Source: Terriglobia bacterium
GTDB taxonomy: Bacteria > Acidobacteriota > Terriglobia > JAJPHL01 > JAPKYU01
NCBI GenBank assembly: GCA_965206645.1
Contig: CBDBKE010000003.1
Location: forward strand, 128,001-192,000
Reading direction: 5' to 3'
DNA length: 64,000 nucleotides
Part shown: piece by piece, positions 9,555-19,054 of the stretch
Numbering within the stretch: the stretch's first letter is position 1
How the letters are laid out: every line of letters begins with the position of its first letter
The notes under the pieces: generated by a model
The model's database searches: none
Told to the model about the DNA's origin: nothing
Seen by the model: the letters and a program-made list of their open reading frames with translations, nothing else
Program-made: the position numbers and the translations under genes

Positions 9555-10940
9555 TTACACGTACTCTTGATCGACCACATATCCGGTCCGACCGTAGCAG
9601 TCGTTGCCGTAGCCGTCCTTGTGCGGATTCAGACGAGTGCTCCTCCGCATCCTCTTGAACTTCCGGCTACAATAGCTGCACTCAACGGTGTAGCGCCAGC
9701 CATGTCGCAAGGCCGCAATCCGAACACGGCGAGTTGCGGAACTGCCGCCGAACGGTCGAGAGAAATAGCTTGAGGGGCCGTATTCCCCGGCCTTAGATAA
9801 CTCCACCGGAAATCGAGGCTCGACCGTGTCGTCCGTAGCCTCAACGGACTGAATCTTTCCGTTCAGAAAGGTCTTCAGGCCCGGGCCAGATGAGCGACCG
9901 CCAGTTCGGTCCCAGACGTACAGATATTCCTCTGCGTGTCCATCTTTGCGCCGCTTGTACCGGAGCGAATACGGCTCGACAAGGCGCGAGTGGCCATCAT
10001 AGGTGACTCTCAATAGCCTCATTTCCGATCCGGCTTGAAGAATCGGATTGCGGAACTGTGACGGGAAGAACGCAAGTGAGCCGCGTCCAATGAACGTCTG
10101 GTCGGCGAACAGCTCATCGATGACGTTCCGAAAGTTCGTAAGTGTCTCATCGAAGTCGAGTACACCTTGGACCGGTGCGACGATGTATTTGGTCCATGCC
10201 GTCCGCAGGAGATCGAGCGGAAGCTCCAAGAGCAGTTGCCGTGCCACGCCAGGATGGCGTTCGAAAATGGTTTTGCGGAAGAATATCGACAGCACTTCGC
10301 TGCGATTTACCTCGATGTCTCGGTTCACGAAGATCGAGTACACGAGGTCGTACACGTCCGCCGTGTGCCGTCGTTGGAGCAAGCACTTCAGCTTGCTTGC
10401 GAGCATCTCCTCAAGCTTCATACACCTCACGCCGACGACACAGGTACTCGAGTCCGAATACGGGTGAATTAGCTGGCGTTCTTGAACCGGCAGGTAGACA
10501 CGATCGAATTCAGTGACGTCGATCGCCAGACTGATCGTTATGTGGTCGGCATTGCCGTAGAAGTCCTTGAAGTAGAGGCGCACATCGAACACGCGCCGTT
10601 TGTCATCGATTTCGTTTTGAAGCTGGACTCTATTGCGTTCGAGGTCGAAGACCACACCGCTCTGCGCTTGGACGAACTGACAGATCGCGTTGAACTCCCC
10701 ACGCAGGCTCGCCTCGTCCACGGCGGACTCAGTCGAAAAATCCAGGTCGTGCGGGAAGCGGGTATTCGGGAAGTATGCCTTACGAAAGCAGTTCCCGCCC
10801 TTAAGGACGAGGACTTCCTTGAGGGGCGACTCTGTGTAGAGGCCGACTAACACCCATCCGAAGACGTAGTCGCGTTGGACATTCGCCTGATGAATCCCGA
10901 ATTCAAGCGACTTCGCCTGGAGTTCATCTTTCGTGATCAT
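9555..10940 (-). CDS. AbiEii-family nucleotidyltransferase fused to WYL-like domain and C-terminal Zn finger
   Basis: QRDY...LKGGNCFRKAY...RFPHDLDF, EMLASKL, DVYDL; then LRVTYDGHSRLVEPYSL (WYL-like); CSYC...H...C tail. Confidence 0.85.
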   Translation of the reverse strand: MITKDELQAKSLEFGIHQANVQRDYVFGWVLVGLYTESPLKEVLVLKGGNCFRKAYFPNTRFPHDLDFSTESAVDEASLRGEFNAICQFVQAQSGVVFDLERNRVQLQNEIDDKRRVFDVRLYFKDFYGNADHITISLAIDVTEFDRVYLPVQERQLIHPYSDSSTCVVGVRCMKLEEMLASKLKCLLQRRHTADVYDLVYSIFVNRDIEVNRSEVLSIFFRKTIFERHPGVARQLLLELPLDLLRTAWTKYIVAPVQGVLDFDETLTNFRNVIDELFADQTFIGRGSLAFFPSQFRNPILQAGSEMRLLRVTYDGHSRLVEPYSLRYKRRKDGHAEEYLYVWDRTGGRSSGPGLKTFLNGKIQSVEATDDTVEPRFPVELSKAGEYGPSSYFSRPFGGSSATRRVRIAALRHGWRYTVECSYCSRKFKRMRRSTRLNPHKDGYGNDCYGRTGYVVDQEYV

Positions 10941-11472
10941 CTGGGAATTCTCATCGGGATGCCAAGGATCTCTTCAAATGGTGATTACTCGCCACAGTTC
11001 ATCGCGACTTGCCCGCCTTCGCCAATTCGTTCAATCGATCTCACACGAGAGCCAATCGGCCTTGGCCCGCCAGATCGGGGGCGAGGTGGCCAGGAAGGGC
11101 GTCGAGGAATACCCGAGTGCTGAGGAGGCCTGGGCTTGTGCCGCAATGTAGTCTCGGACATCAGCATCGGCGTGCAGGACTTCGGCCCCAAGTTCGGCTT
11201 CTTCCAAAAGTTGGTGACAGGGCAGGGCTGTGTCCCTCGACGACTGATCACCAGTCTGGTGTTCACTTCGCCGCCCCTCATGTTTTTACCGAGGCCTACA
11301 CCCCCAGGCGTGTCTACTTATGCGCTGTCTACTTGACGGGGAAGCTTGCCCTGGCACTACCTGCGACGGGCGCCAAGGAAGCATCGCCTTTGCCGCTCCG
11401 GACCCTGCAGGGGAGTGCATGGAGCTCCAAAGTGAGCCATCGGGCAAGTGGAGCCCGGCAGGCGTTAGAGTG

Positions 11473-12084
11473 ATGGTCACCCGAAAGGCCGAACCGCTAG
11501 CAGCCCGTGGTGAAAGTCCGGCGTCGCACCGAGACGAGCGAGGCGCCGCGCGGACAAGGCGCGACGACCGAGAATACCGCCTGTATTTGACGGAGGAGCA
11601 ACGTAGGCCACGAGGATGGATCGCTCGTCGAATGCAGACGGACTTTCACCACGGGCTGCTAGAGAATCCTTGGCAGATCTCTAAAGATGAGTGGGGGCTA
11701 AATAGTGAAAGTGATGTAGCTCGGATTTCTTCATACATCGCGAAACGTCTTGAATTATCTACTGAGGATGGATTTTCTAAAATCTGGAGAACTCAGGACA
11801 AGAATCCCATCGGCATTCTTGGTTGTTACAAAGTCGACGAGAAAATGTATGAAGCGTTCTTTTTTGCAAGTGAACACATGGGTGAACACGGCCTCAAGGT
11901 AACCGTCGAGATGCGCAAGATCTTGATAGAGCAGGCTTCCCACCACAAAGGGTGTAAGTGTGTTTTGTACTCCGCTTCAGACCACCCAAGACAGATAGCG
12001 TGGTTCAGATTCTTAGGTTTTGAATACATTCCTGAAAACAATGAAGGGAAAGCGCGCTGTTTTGAGTATGCATCTCCGAATTAG
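11473..12084 (+). CDS. GNAT-like protein (resembles phage DUF2833 type) carrying an in-frame MITE; start uncertain
   Basis: Low-GC part: PIGILGC...FFFAS...HPRQIAWFRFLGF. Confidence 0.5.
   Translation: MVTRKAEPLAARGESPASHRDERGAARTRRDDREYRLYLTEEQRRPRGWIARRMQTDFHHGLLENPWQISKDEWGLNSESDVARISSYIAKRLELSTEDGFSKIWRTQDKNPIGILGCYKVDEKMYEAFFFASEHMGEHGLKVTVEMRKILIEQASHHKGCKCVLYSASDHPRQIAWFRFLGFEYIPENNEGKARCFEYASPN
11497..11662. mobile_element. MITE with 20-bp perfect TIRs flanked by CTAG
   Basis: CTAG-CAGCCCGTGGTGAAAGTCCG ... CGGACTTTCACCACGGGCTG-CTAG. Confidence 0.88.
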
Positions 12085-12330
12085 CCGTTGAGGAACCGGG
12101 CCACCGCGTCGTTCGAATAGTCCTGAGAAAAGTAGCGGGAATCGAGCAAGAACGTGCGCACGGGCTCTGCGGTTTGGGCGAAGACGTCGACCGGCTCCAG
12201 TGCCATGACCGCGCCGACGATCACGCAGACCGCGGAACGGCCGAGACGGGTGCCTGGCGGAGGTGACGTGTGTCTCCTGAACAATGATGGAAACCAAGGC
12301 ATCGAGGGATCGTTACGCTCTCTTCTCGTC

Positions 12331-12344
12331 AACTTGACAGTGCG
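12331..12344. mobile_element. Isolated IS6-type right end
   Basis: AACTTGACAGTGCG. Confidence 0.6.
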
Positions 12345-12346
12345 AA

Positions 12347-13942
12347 CTAGGGCGATGTGGCCTGCTCCTCGTAGGTGCCTTTGAAATCAACGACGCGACC
12401 CTGATCGAATCGCCACACCCGGGTCCCGACTTCTTCCAGTAGGTCCTGGTCGTGGGTGACGAGGAACACCGTCCCTTCATAACGCTGGAGCGCCACGTTC
12501 AGTGCGTTGATGGATTCCAGATCGAGGTGATTGGTCGGCTCGTCGAGCACGAGCACATTGGGCTTCTGCAGCATGATCCGGCAGAACAGGAGCCTCGCCA
12601 TCTCGCCTCCCGATAGCGCCTCGGTCGGCTTGTGGCCTTCCTCGCCGCTGAAGAGCATCTGGCCGAGGAGCCCGTGGATCTCCTGGCGCGATACGTCGGG
12701 ATCGAAGCGGTGCAACCACTCGGCCGCCGTGAGCCCCTTTTCGATCTCGCCGGCATGATCCTGGGGATAATAGCCAATCGACACCGCGTGTCCCCAGCGC
12801 AGCGTCCCGTCATCGAGATCGCCGGGAGACGCCGGCATGTTGGGCGCGTCAGCGAGGAGCGCTTTCAGGAGCGTCGTCTTGCCGACGCCATTGCGCCCGA
12901 CCAGCACGATCCGGTCGCCCCGGTTCACGACAGCGCCGAACCCGGAGAATATCGACGTCGGTCCGTACGCCTTGGCGAGACCTTCGCAGTCGAGGGCGAC
13001 CTTGCCGGATGGCTGGCGCGTCAAGAATCTGATATATGGGCGCTGAATATTCGAGCGCGCCAGCTCGGTGGTCTGGAGCCGTTCGACCTCCTTGCGTCGT
13101 GACGTGACCTGGCTCGCACGTGTGCCCGCGCCGAAGCGGGCAATGAAGTCGTTGAGCTGGGCGATCTTCTTCTCGCGCTGTGCGTTCCCCGCTTCGATGG
13201 TCGTCCGAATCTGAGTCTTGGCCAGCACCATGTCGTCGTAGCCGCCGGTATACGTGATGATCGTCTCGTAGTCGATGTCGGCGATGTGCGTGCAGATGCC
13301 GTTCAGAAAGTGCCTGTCGTGCGAGATGACAATAAGTGCGCCTTCGTAGCGGCTGAGAAACTGCTGCAGCCAGTGGATCGAATCGAGGTCCAGGTGGTTC
13401 GTCGGTTCGTCGAGCAGCAGCGCTTCGGGCTGGCCGTAGAGGGCCTGTGCCACGAGCACCCGCACCTTCTGCCCGCCCTGCAGTTCGGCCATCGTCCGGT
13501 CGTGCAGCAGGTTGGGGATGTCGAGCCCCTGCAGCAGCACTGCGGCATCGGCCTCCGAGGAGTACCCGTCCTCTTCGCCGACGATGCCTTCGAGCTCGCC
13601 GAGGCGCATGCCGTCCTCGTTCGACATGTCTGGGCGAGCATAGAGCGCGTCTCGCTCGGCCAGGGCGGCCCAGAGCCGGGCATTGCCCATGATGACCCTG
13701 TCGATCACGCGATACTGATCGAATGCGTAGTGATCCTGGCGCAGCACGCCGAGCTTGCGAGGACTGGCGACCGTCCCGCGCTGTGGATCGAGGTCGCCCG
13801 TCAGCAGCTTCATGAAGGTGGATTTACCGGAGCCGTTCGGGCCAGTCAGCCCATAGCGCCGCCCCGAGGAAAACGTCGTCGTGACGTCCTCAAAGAGGAC
13901 CTTCGAGCCGTAACGCATGGACACACCACTGACAGAAATCAT
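12347..13942 (-). CDS. ABC-F family ATPase (YbiT-like)
   Basis: Two ABC domains (GPNGSGKS, GRNGVGKT, LDEPTNHLD twice), no TM segments. Confidence 0.93.
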   Translation of the reverse strand: MISVSGVSMRYGSKVLFEDVTTTFSSGRRYGLTGPNGSGKSTFMKLLTGDLDPQRGTVASPRKLGVLRQDHYAFDQYRVIDRVIMGNARLWAALAERDALYARPDMSNEDGMRLGELEGIVGEEDGYSSEADAAVLLQGLDIPNLLHDRTMAELQGGQKVRVLVAQALYGQPEALLLDEPTNHLDLDSIHWLQQFLSRYEGALIVISHDRHFLNGICTHIADIDYETIITYTGGYDDMVLAKTQIRTTIEAGNAQREKKIAQLNDFIARFGAGTRASQVTSRRKEVERLQTTELARSNIQRPYIRFLTRQPSGKVALDCEGLAKAYGPTSIFSGFGAVVNRGDRIVLVGRNGVGKTTLLKALLADAPNMPASPGDLDDGTLRWGHAVSIGYYPQDHAGEIEKGLTAAEWLHRFDPDVSRQEIHGLLGQMLFSGEEGHKPTEALSGGEMARLLFCRIMLQKPNVLVLDEPTNHLDLESINALNVALQRYEGTVFLVTHDQDLLEEVGTRVWRFDQGRVVDFKGTYEEQATSP

Positions 13943-14026
13943 GAGCGCAGACCCTCGAACGGAAAATCCGGATGCGAGTGAATCTCTTATTCTAACAGGT
14001 GCCGGCGTCTAGTTCCTGGAGCGCGT

Positions 14027-15859
14027 TTAGACTGCGTGCTCGCGAATCGCCGACAGGAAGAATTCGCCAAGATCGTCGGCCTTGCGTGCGCCAACCCCCT
14101 TGACCGAGCGCAACGCGTCGATCGAGGTGGGTCGAAGCTTGGCCATCTCGCGCAGCGTTGCGTCGTGGAAAATCACGTACGGCGGCACACCGCGCTCGCG
14201 AGCCGTCGCCAGCCTGACCGCGCGGAGGCGATCGAAGAGCCCGCGGTCGACGTCCCGCCACGATTCGGTCTCCATGCGCAACCGCGCGCGTGGGGCGTCC
14301 TTTCGTGGCGGCCGCTGGCGGGCCAATGTCAGACCAGGGCAGCTTGCCTCGTCCTTCAGCAGCTCCAGGCCTGTCGCCGTTAGTGCGAGTACGCCGTACA
14401 CGTCGTCGGTTGTCCGCAGCAGGCCAAAGGCTCTGAGTTGCTGGATATACCCGCGCACTTCGGCGACCGAGACGTGGGGCAACAAGCCGAAGGTGCTCAG
14501 CGTCTCGTGTCCTCTGGCGACGACCTGCTCGCTGGCGTGCCCGCGCAGGACGCTGGCCACGTGCGTGGCGCCGAAGCGCTGTCCGACCCGGACGACGCAC
14601 GACAGAATCTGGCGAGCGAGGATCGCCGGGGTGGCGGCGGGCTCCAGCTCATCGAGGCAATAGTCGCACGCTCCACAGCTGCTCTTCGCATACCGATCGC
14701 CGAAGTATTCGGCGAGATGCTGATGACGACAGCTGACGCTCGCCGCGTACCGCTCCATCTGCCGCAGAAGCGTGCTGCTGGCGTCGGTCAGCTCACCGTT
14801 GCCTTCCAGCATGACGCGCCATTTCATGAAGTCGGCGGCGGAGTAGATCAGCAGGCATTCCGCCTCGAGACCGTCGCGTCCCGCCCGTCCGGACTCCTGC
14901 TGATAGTGCTCGATGGATCGCGGCGCTCCGGCATGCACGACGAACCGCACGTTCGAGCGGTCGATGCCCATACCGAACGCGACCGTGGCGACGATCGTAT
15001 CGACCCGTTCACTCAGGAACGCGTTCTGATTCCGGCTGCGGTCGGTTTCGCTAAGCCCCGCGTGATAGGGCAGGGCGGGGATGCCGTCGGCCGTCAGCCA
15101 GGCCGCCAGCGCGTCGACTTCTCGCCGTGAGGTGCAGTAGATGATGCCGGCCTCCTGCCGGTGACGCGCCAGGACGTCGAGAAGCTGCCGTTTCAACACG
15201 GCTCTTGGCAGCACGCGGTAGAGGAGATTCGGGCGGTCGAAGGAGCCGACGAGCTCGAGGGGGTCGTTCAGGCCAAGCTGTGTGGTGATGTCGCGCCTGA
15301 CGCGGGCGGTGGCGGTGGCCGTGTACGCCTGCAGGCTGATGCCGGGCAGCCGCTGGCGCAGTTGAGCGAGTTGACGGTACTCCGGTCTGAAATCGTGCCC
15401 CCACTGGCTGATGCAATGCGCCTCGTCCACGGCGACGAAGCTGACACCGCACGATGCGAGAAGCGTGAGAAACCCCTCGCTCCCTTCGCCGACCAGGCGC
15501 TCTGGCGAGACGTACAGCAGGCGGTAGCGTCCTTCTCGGAGCCCCGCGACGATCGCCCCTTTCTCGGCCGATGTCAGCGAGCTGTTGTACAGCCCCGCAG
15601 GCACGCCGTTGCCCACCAGCGTGTCCACTTGATCCTTCATCAGCGAGATGAGCGGGGAGACCACCACCGCGAGGCCAGGACGTACGACGGCGGGCGCCTG
15701 AAAGCAGAGTGACTTGCCGCCGCCAGTCGGCAGCACGACCAGCGAGTCGCGGCCCGCAAGCACGGCTTCCATCGCTTCGCGTTGGAGCGGCCGGAACGCC
15801 GTGTACCCCCAGTAGCGGGCGAGCGCGTTTTCGAGCGGGGAGAGAGTCACCACTATCAT
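14027..15859 (-). CDS. recQ: ATP-dependent DNA helicase RecQ
   Basis: PTGGGKSLC, DEAHCISQWGHDFRPEY, QESGRAGRDG, RQC cysteines, HRDC (PPYVIFHDATL). Confidence 0.95.
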   Translation of the reverse strand: MIVVTLSPLENALARYWGYTAFRPLQREAMEAVLAGRDSLVVLPTGGGKSLCFQAPAVVRPGLAVVVSPLISLMKDQVDTLVGNGVPAGLYNSSLTSAEKGAIVAGLREGRYRLLYVSPERLVGEGSEGFLTLLASCGVSFVAVDEAHCISQWGHDFRPEYRQLAQLRQRLPGISLQAYTATATARVRRDITTQLGLNDPLELVGSFDRPNLLYRVLPRAVLKRQLLDVLARHRQEAGIIYCTSRREVDALAAWLTADGIPALPYHAGLSETDRSRNQNAFLSERVDTIVATVAFGMGIDRSNVRFVVHAGAPRSIEHYQQESGRAGRDGLEAECLLIYSAADFMKWRVMLEGNGELTDASSTLLRQMERYAASVSCRHQHLAEYFGDRYAKSSCGACDYCLDELEPAATPAILARQILSCVVRVGQRFGATHVASVLRGHASEQVVARGHETLSTFGLLPHVSVAEVRGYIQQLRAFGLLRTTDDVYGVLALTATGLELLKDEASCPGLTLARQRPPRKDAPRARLRMETESWRDVDRGLFDRLRAVRLATARERGVPPYVIFHDATLREMAKLRPTSIDALRSVKGVGARKADDLGEFFLSAIREHAV

Positions 15860-15886
15860 GATCCCACGGCCCGCGGTCCGCACAGA

Positions 15887-15898
15887 GGCACTGTCAAG
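15887..15898. mobile_element. Isolated IS6-type left end
   Basis: GGCACTGTCAAG. Confidence 0.5.
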
Positions 15899-15953
15899 GG
15901 CGGTGGTGGGTCAGTGGAGTCCCAGTTGGGTGCGTCTCGGTCCTAACAGCCCG

Positions 15954-16413
15954 TATATGGACTCCTCCCGGTGATCAAGCGAGTGGGTCGTGACGGTCGG
16001 TCCTTCGCGTCGGTTGCGGTCGTATATCCGGCCTGTCCGTGGAGGGCCTTTGCCTCCTGGCCAACATGGATAGTCGCGCACCGCGGGCCAATCGTGGTGC
16101 CGGCGTCGAGCGCCAGGGCTGCTATCGGCCTGATGCGGTGTCGGTCAGACCGAAGGGCCATGTCAGGGTCACTCGCTCAGTATCTCGCGTGGAGGTGTCG
16201 CTCGGGTTACGCCGCGTCCGGCAGTGCGTAGGGCACATCCTTGTGCCAAACCGCCCAAACGAGTCGGCCGAGTTTGTTCGCCACGGCAATCGTGGCTTTG
16301 TTGTAGCCGCGCCGCGCGTGCACCGTCATCGCCCAGTGGTGCAGACGCGTGAGGGGCTGCTGGGCCGCCCGGCGCCGGTGGGCCGACGCGAGCACCGCGC
16401 GCGCGCCGTGGGT
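15954..16413 (-). mobile_element. IS110/IS1111-group remnant: transposase C-terminus (16207-16413) plus about 250-nt downstream non-coding end
   Basis: HGARAVL...RRGYNKATIAVANKLGRLVWAV; downstream GGCCGGATATACG and terminal GGAGTCCATATA typical of IS1111 right ends. Confidence 0.8.
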
Positions 16414-16451
16414 TGACCAGACCGATTTTTTGTACCAACCGTAGTGAGAGT

Positions 16452-17330
16452 TCACATCGCAGCCTGGGGCTGTGAAACTGGTTTCAGTGGCAGGGGATGG
16501 CTATAAGCCCCCGGCGCCGGGGGCCTATAGCCGAGCGCCGAGTGCGGCCGCACCGTGTTGTATTGCACCCTCCACTGTTCAATCAGCACCTGTGCCTCCT
16601 TCAACGAGTAGAAGATCTCTCCATTCAGGCATTCGTCCCGCAGCTTCCCATTGAAACTCTCGCAGTACCCGTTCTCCCAGGGACTGCCCGGTTCGATGTA
16701 CAGTGTCCCGGTCCCTAGATTTGCCAACCACTGGCGCAGTTGTTTGGCGATGAACTCGGGACCATTGTCGGATCGAATCTGTTCCGGTATCCCTCGCCAC
16801 AACATCACGTCCGACAACGCCTCAATGATTTGTTGGCTGCCCATTCTCCGCTCCACCCGGATCGCCAGGCATTCCCGCGTGTACTCATCCAGCAAGGTCA
16901 GCAGCCGCAGCGTTCTCCCCTCGTGCGTTCTGGCACTCATGAAGTCGTAGCTCCACACGTGGTTCGGTCGCTCCGGCCTCAGTCGCACACAGGAACCGTC
17001 GTTCAGCCACAGCCGTCCTCGCGGCCTTTGTTTTTGCGGCACTTTTAGCCCTTCCCGCCGCCAAATCCGCTGCACCCGGTCCTTGCCCACTTCCCAGCCC
17101 GCACTCCGCAGCAACGCTGTGATCCTCCGGTAGCCATATCGCCCGTACTTCGCTCCCAGGGCAATGATCGCTCGGGTCAGAGCATCCTCGTCCACCCGAT
17201 GAATCGGCTCGTATCGTTGTGTCCCTCGCCATTGCCCCAGCAGCCGGCAGGCATGCCGTTCCGACAACCCGTGTTGCTCCCACGCACGCTCCACCGCACA
17301 ACGCCGCCGCTCAGGGCTCAGAAGTTTCCC
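16452..17330 (-). CDS. IS3 transposase OrfB (DDE), reached by -1 frameshift
   Basis: YGYRRI, VWSYDF, RSDNGPEF, ESFNGKLRDECL. Confidence 0.92.
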   Translation of the reverse strand, partial: GKLLSPERRRCAVERAWEQHGLSERHACRLLGQWRGTQRYEPIHRVDEDALTRAIIALGAKYGRYGYRRITALLRSAGWEVGKDRVQRIWRREGLKVPQKQRPRGRLWLNDGSCVRLRPERPNHVWSYDFMSARTHEGRTLRLLTLLDEYTRECLAIRVERRMGSQQIIEALSDVMLWRGIPEQIRSDNGPEFIAKQLRQWLANLGTGTLYIEPGSPWENGYCESFNGKLRDECLNGEIFYSLKEAQVLIEQWRVQYNTVRPHSALGYRPPAPGAYSHPLPLKPVSQPQAAM

Positions 17331-17596
17331 TGTGCCACATCCCGCAGTACCTGCTTCTCCAGAGAAAGCTCCGCTACCAACCGCTTCAGCCGCGTGTTTT
17401 CCTTCTCCAACTCCTTTAGCCGTTTTGCCTGCACCACCTTCAGCCCGCCGTATTCCTTCCGCCACCGGTAGTAGGTTTGGGTGTGGATTCCAGCTTCTTT
17501 GCAGGCTTGGGGCGCAGTCTTCCCGTTCCCCATCTGCACTTCTATCTGCCGTAGCACCGCTACAATCTGCTCCGGCTTGTAACTCCTTGTCGGCAT
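17318..17596 (-). CDS. IS3 transposase OrfA
   Basis: QTYYRWRKEYGG...RLKELEKENTRLKRLVAEL. Confidence 0.92.
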   Translation of the reverse strand: MPTRSYKPEQIVAVLRQIEVQMGNGKTAPQACKEAGIHTQTYYRWRKEYGGLKVVQAKRLKELEKENTRLKRLVAELSLEKQVLRDVAQGNF

Positions 17597-17750
17597 GACC
17601 TCACTTCCTCCTCAAGTGGATTCTCTCTCTTTCCACTTGGTACAAAAAGTGCCGGTCAGGTCAAATTGAAGCACTGTCAGACAGATGGGGACTTGTCTGA
17701 CGCAAAACACAAATTGCGGCGACTGTGTCCGTATTCCAAGGCAGCGAGGG

Positions 17751-17921
17751 TCAGTCCAATGCTTCGAGAGTGATGGTGATGCGATTGGGGGGAGGCGTGG
17801 GGACCGCCAACTTCTGGACGTATAGGGTGCCGATCTTCGGCGGCTGCCCCGTCGTTTCCTCGGCGTAGCGGAACGTTCCTTTGGTCTCTTTCTCCAGCTT
17901 GAATTGAGCGGAAAGCTGCAT
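17751..17921 (-). CDS. Small hypothetical protein
   Basis: GGAGG RBS; FKLEKETKGTFRYAE...IGTLYVQK. Confidence 0.6.
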   Translation of the reverse strand: MQLSAQFKLEKETKGTFRYAEETTGQPPKIGTLYVQKLAVPTPPPNRITITLEALD

Positions 17922-18047
17922 TTTCCCTCCCACTATTATTTACGTGCCTACTCAGCCCGTCTCCTCGGCATCTGTATCGCGCCGTCCAAGATTATCCCTG
18001 CGTTCCTCCCTGTTTGCGAACGTCCTAAACAGGGAAGCAATTTCCGG

Positions 18048-18353
18048 TCAGGCCGGAACGTAACACTGGACACTGACTTCGTTTGCTCGCGCGCGCATCT
18101 GCGAAGCGTCGTGCCAGGCCTGCATCCGCAGCAGCATGTCCATGCTCACATCAAAGGCCTTCTCGATGCGCAGCGCCATCTCCGGGGACAACGCGGCATT
18201 ACGGTTCAGCAGGTCCGAAAGCGTCGCCCGGCGGACACCGAGAATCTCCGCCGCCTTCGTCACGTTCAAACCCAGTTCCTCAATAACCTCCGTTCGGATG
18301 AAGTCGCCCGGATGGGAAGGGGTCATGTTCACCTTGATGTCGTTGGTAGCCAT
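18048..18353 (-). CDS. higA: HigA antitoxin
   Basis: HPGDFIR...LSPEMALRIEKAF...LLRMQAWHD. Confidence 0.9.
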   Translation of the reverse strand: MATNDIKVNMTPSHPGDFIRTEVIEELGLNVTKAAEILGVRRATLSDLLNRNAALSPEMALRIEKAFDVSMDMLLRMQAWHDASQMRARANEVSVQCYVPA

Positions 18354-18642
18354 CAGTGGTAATCCTCCAGGTTCAAGCGGTCGATGTAACCATCCTCTTC
18401 TTCAACGTGATCCGCCAATTACCGGAAACTGAAACGCTCCATTCTTTCCGCCGGTAACCTGAGAGCCGGTGGACGCGCCAGCCGGGTGATGCATCGCCAA
18501 TAAACCCGTCGATGTGCTCGGCCAGAATCAGTACCGTCAATATCTTACGCACCCGGTCGACCAGGCTCCGCCGCAGGAACCGGGGGTTGTCGTTCTCGAT
18601 CAGCCGGCGCAATCCTCGGTGGCGGACAGAGCGAACGATCAC
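18353..18642 (-). pseudogene. higB: HigB toxin, 1-nt frameshift near 18414
   Basis: GWRVHRLSG...SVSVSGNWRIT; the alternative frame gives EEEDGYIDRLNLEDYH* overlapping the higA ATG (TGATG). Confidence 0.85.
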
Positions 18643-18648
18643 GATAAT

Positions 18649-18677
18649 AATGTACGGTAATACCGTTCACCGCGCAA
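18649..18677 (-). promoter_or_regulatory. higBA promoter with operator palindrome
   Basis: TTGCGC-17-TACATT containing ACGGTA-A-TACCGT (18654-18666). Confidence 0.65.
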
Positions 18678-18805
18678 GTCATTTATCGGCCGCCGCCAGG
18701 AAAGCTTGGGAGACTTCGCTCACGATGCAGTTCATGTTCATTCTTCTTGTCGAAAGGATCGGATCGCGGCGGGGATTGCCCCGCCGCTCTCTGATGCGCG
18801 TCGCA

Positions 18806-19054
18806 CTAGGATTCTGCCTGAGGCTCTTCTGCCTGCTGAAGCTCGAAGATACGCGAGTGGGCCTGATCGGCCACTTTGGCAAGCAGCAACAGGTCGTTGC
18901 GACTGAAGCTCTGCGTGTTCTTCCATTCATCGCCGTCCTTGTAGAGACGGGAGAAGGTGACATTGTGCCGCGTGCGGCCTTCGGTTTCGTTCGGCCAAAT
19001 CGCAGCCTTGACGCGACCGATGCGGACTTCAGAGATGGGTTTGGGGTTAGCCAT
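18806..19054 (-). CDS. Conserved small hypothetical protein, possibly ssDNA-binding
   Basis: GGAGG RBS; IGRVKAAIWPN...VTFSRLYKDGDEWKNTQSFSRNDLLLL. Confidence 0.7.
   Translation of the reverse strand: MANPKPISEVRIGRVKAAIWPNETEGRTRHNVTFSRLYKDGDEWKNTQSFSRNDLLLLAKVADQAHSRIFELQQAEEPQAES

Larger units (their letters stand above)
16414..17663 (-). mobile_element. IS3-family insertion sequence (complete)
   Basis: Ends TGACCTGACCGGCACTTTTTGTACCA / TGACCAGACCGATTTTTTGTACCA; orfA and orfB joined at GGGAAAC slippery site. Confidence 0.93.

Noticed and set aside
10941-11470. AbiEi antitoxin or integron attC upstream of the GNAT-like gene (GTTAGAG)
   Set aside because: No AbiEi-like ORF recognised; no matching inverse core site or convincing attC hairpin
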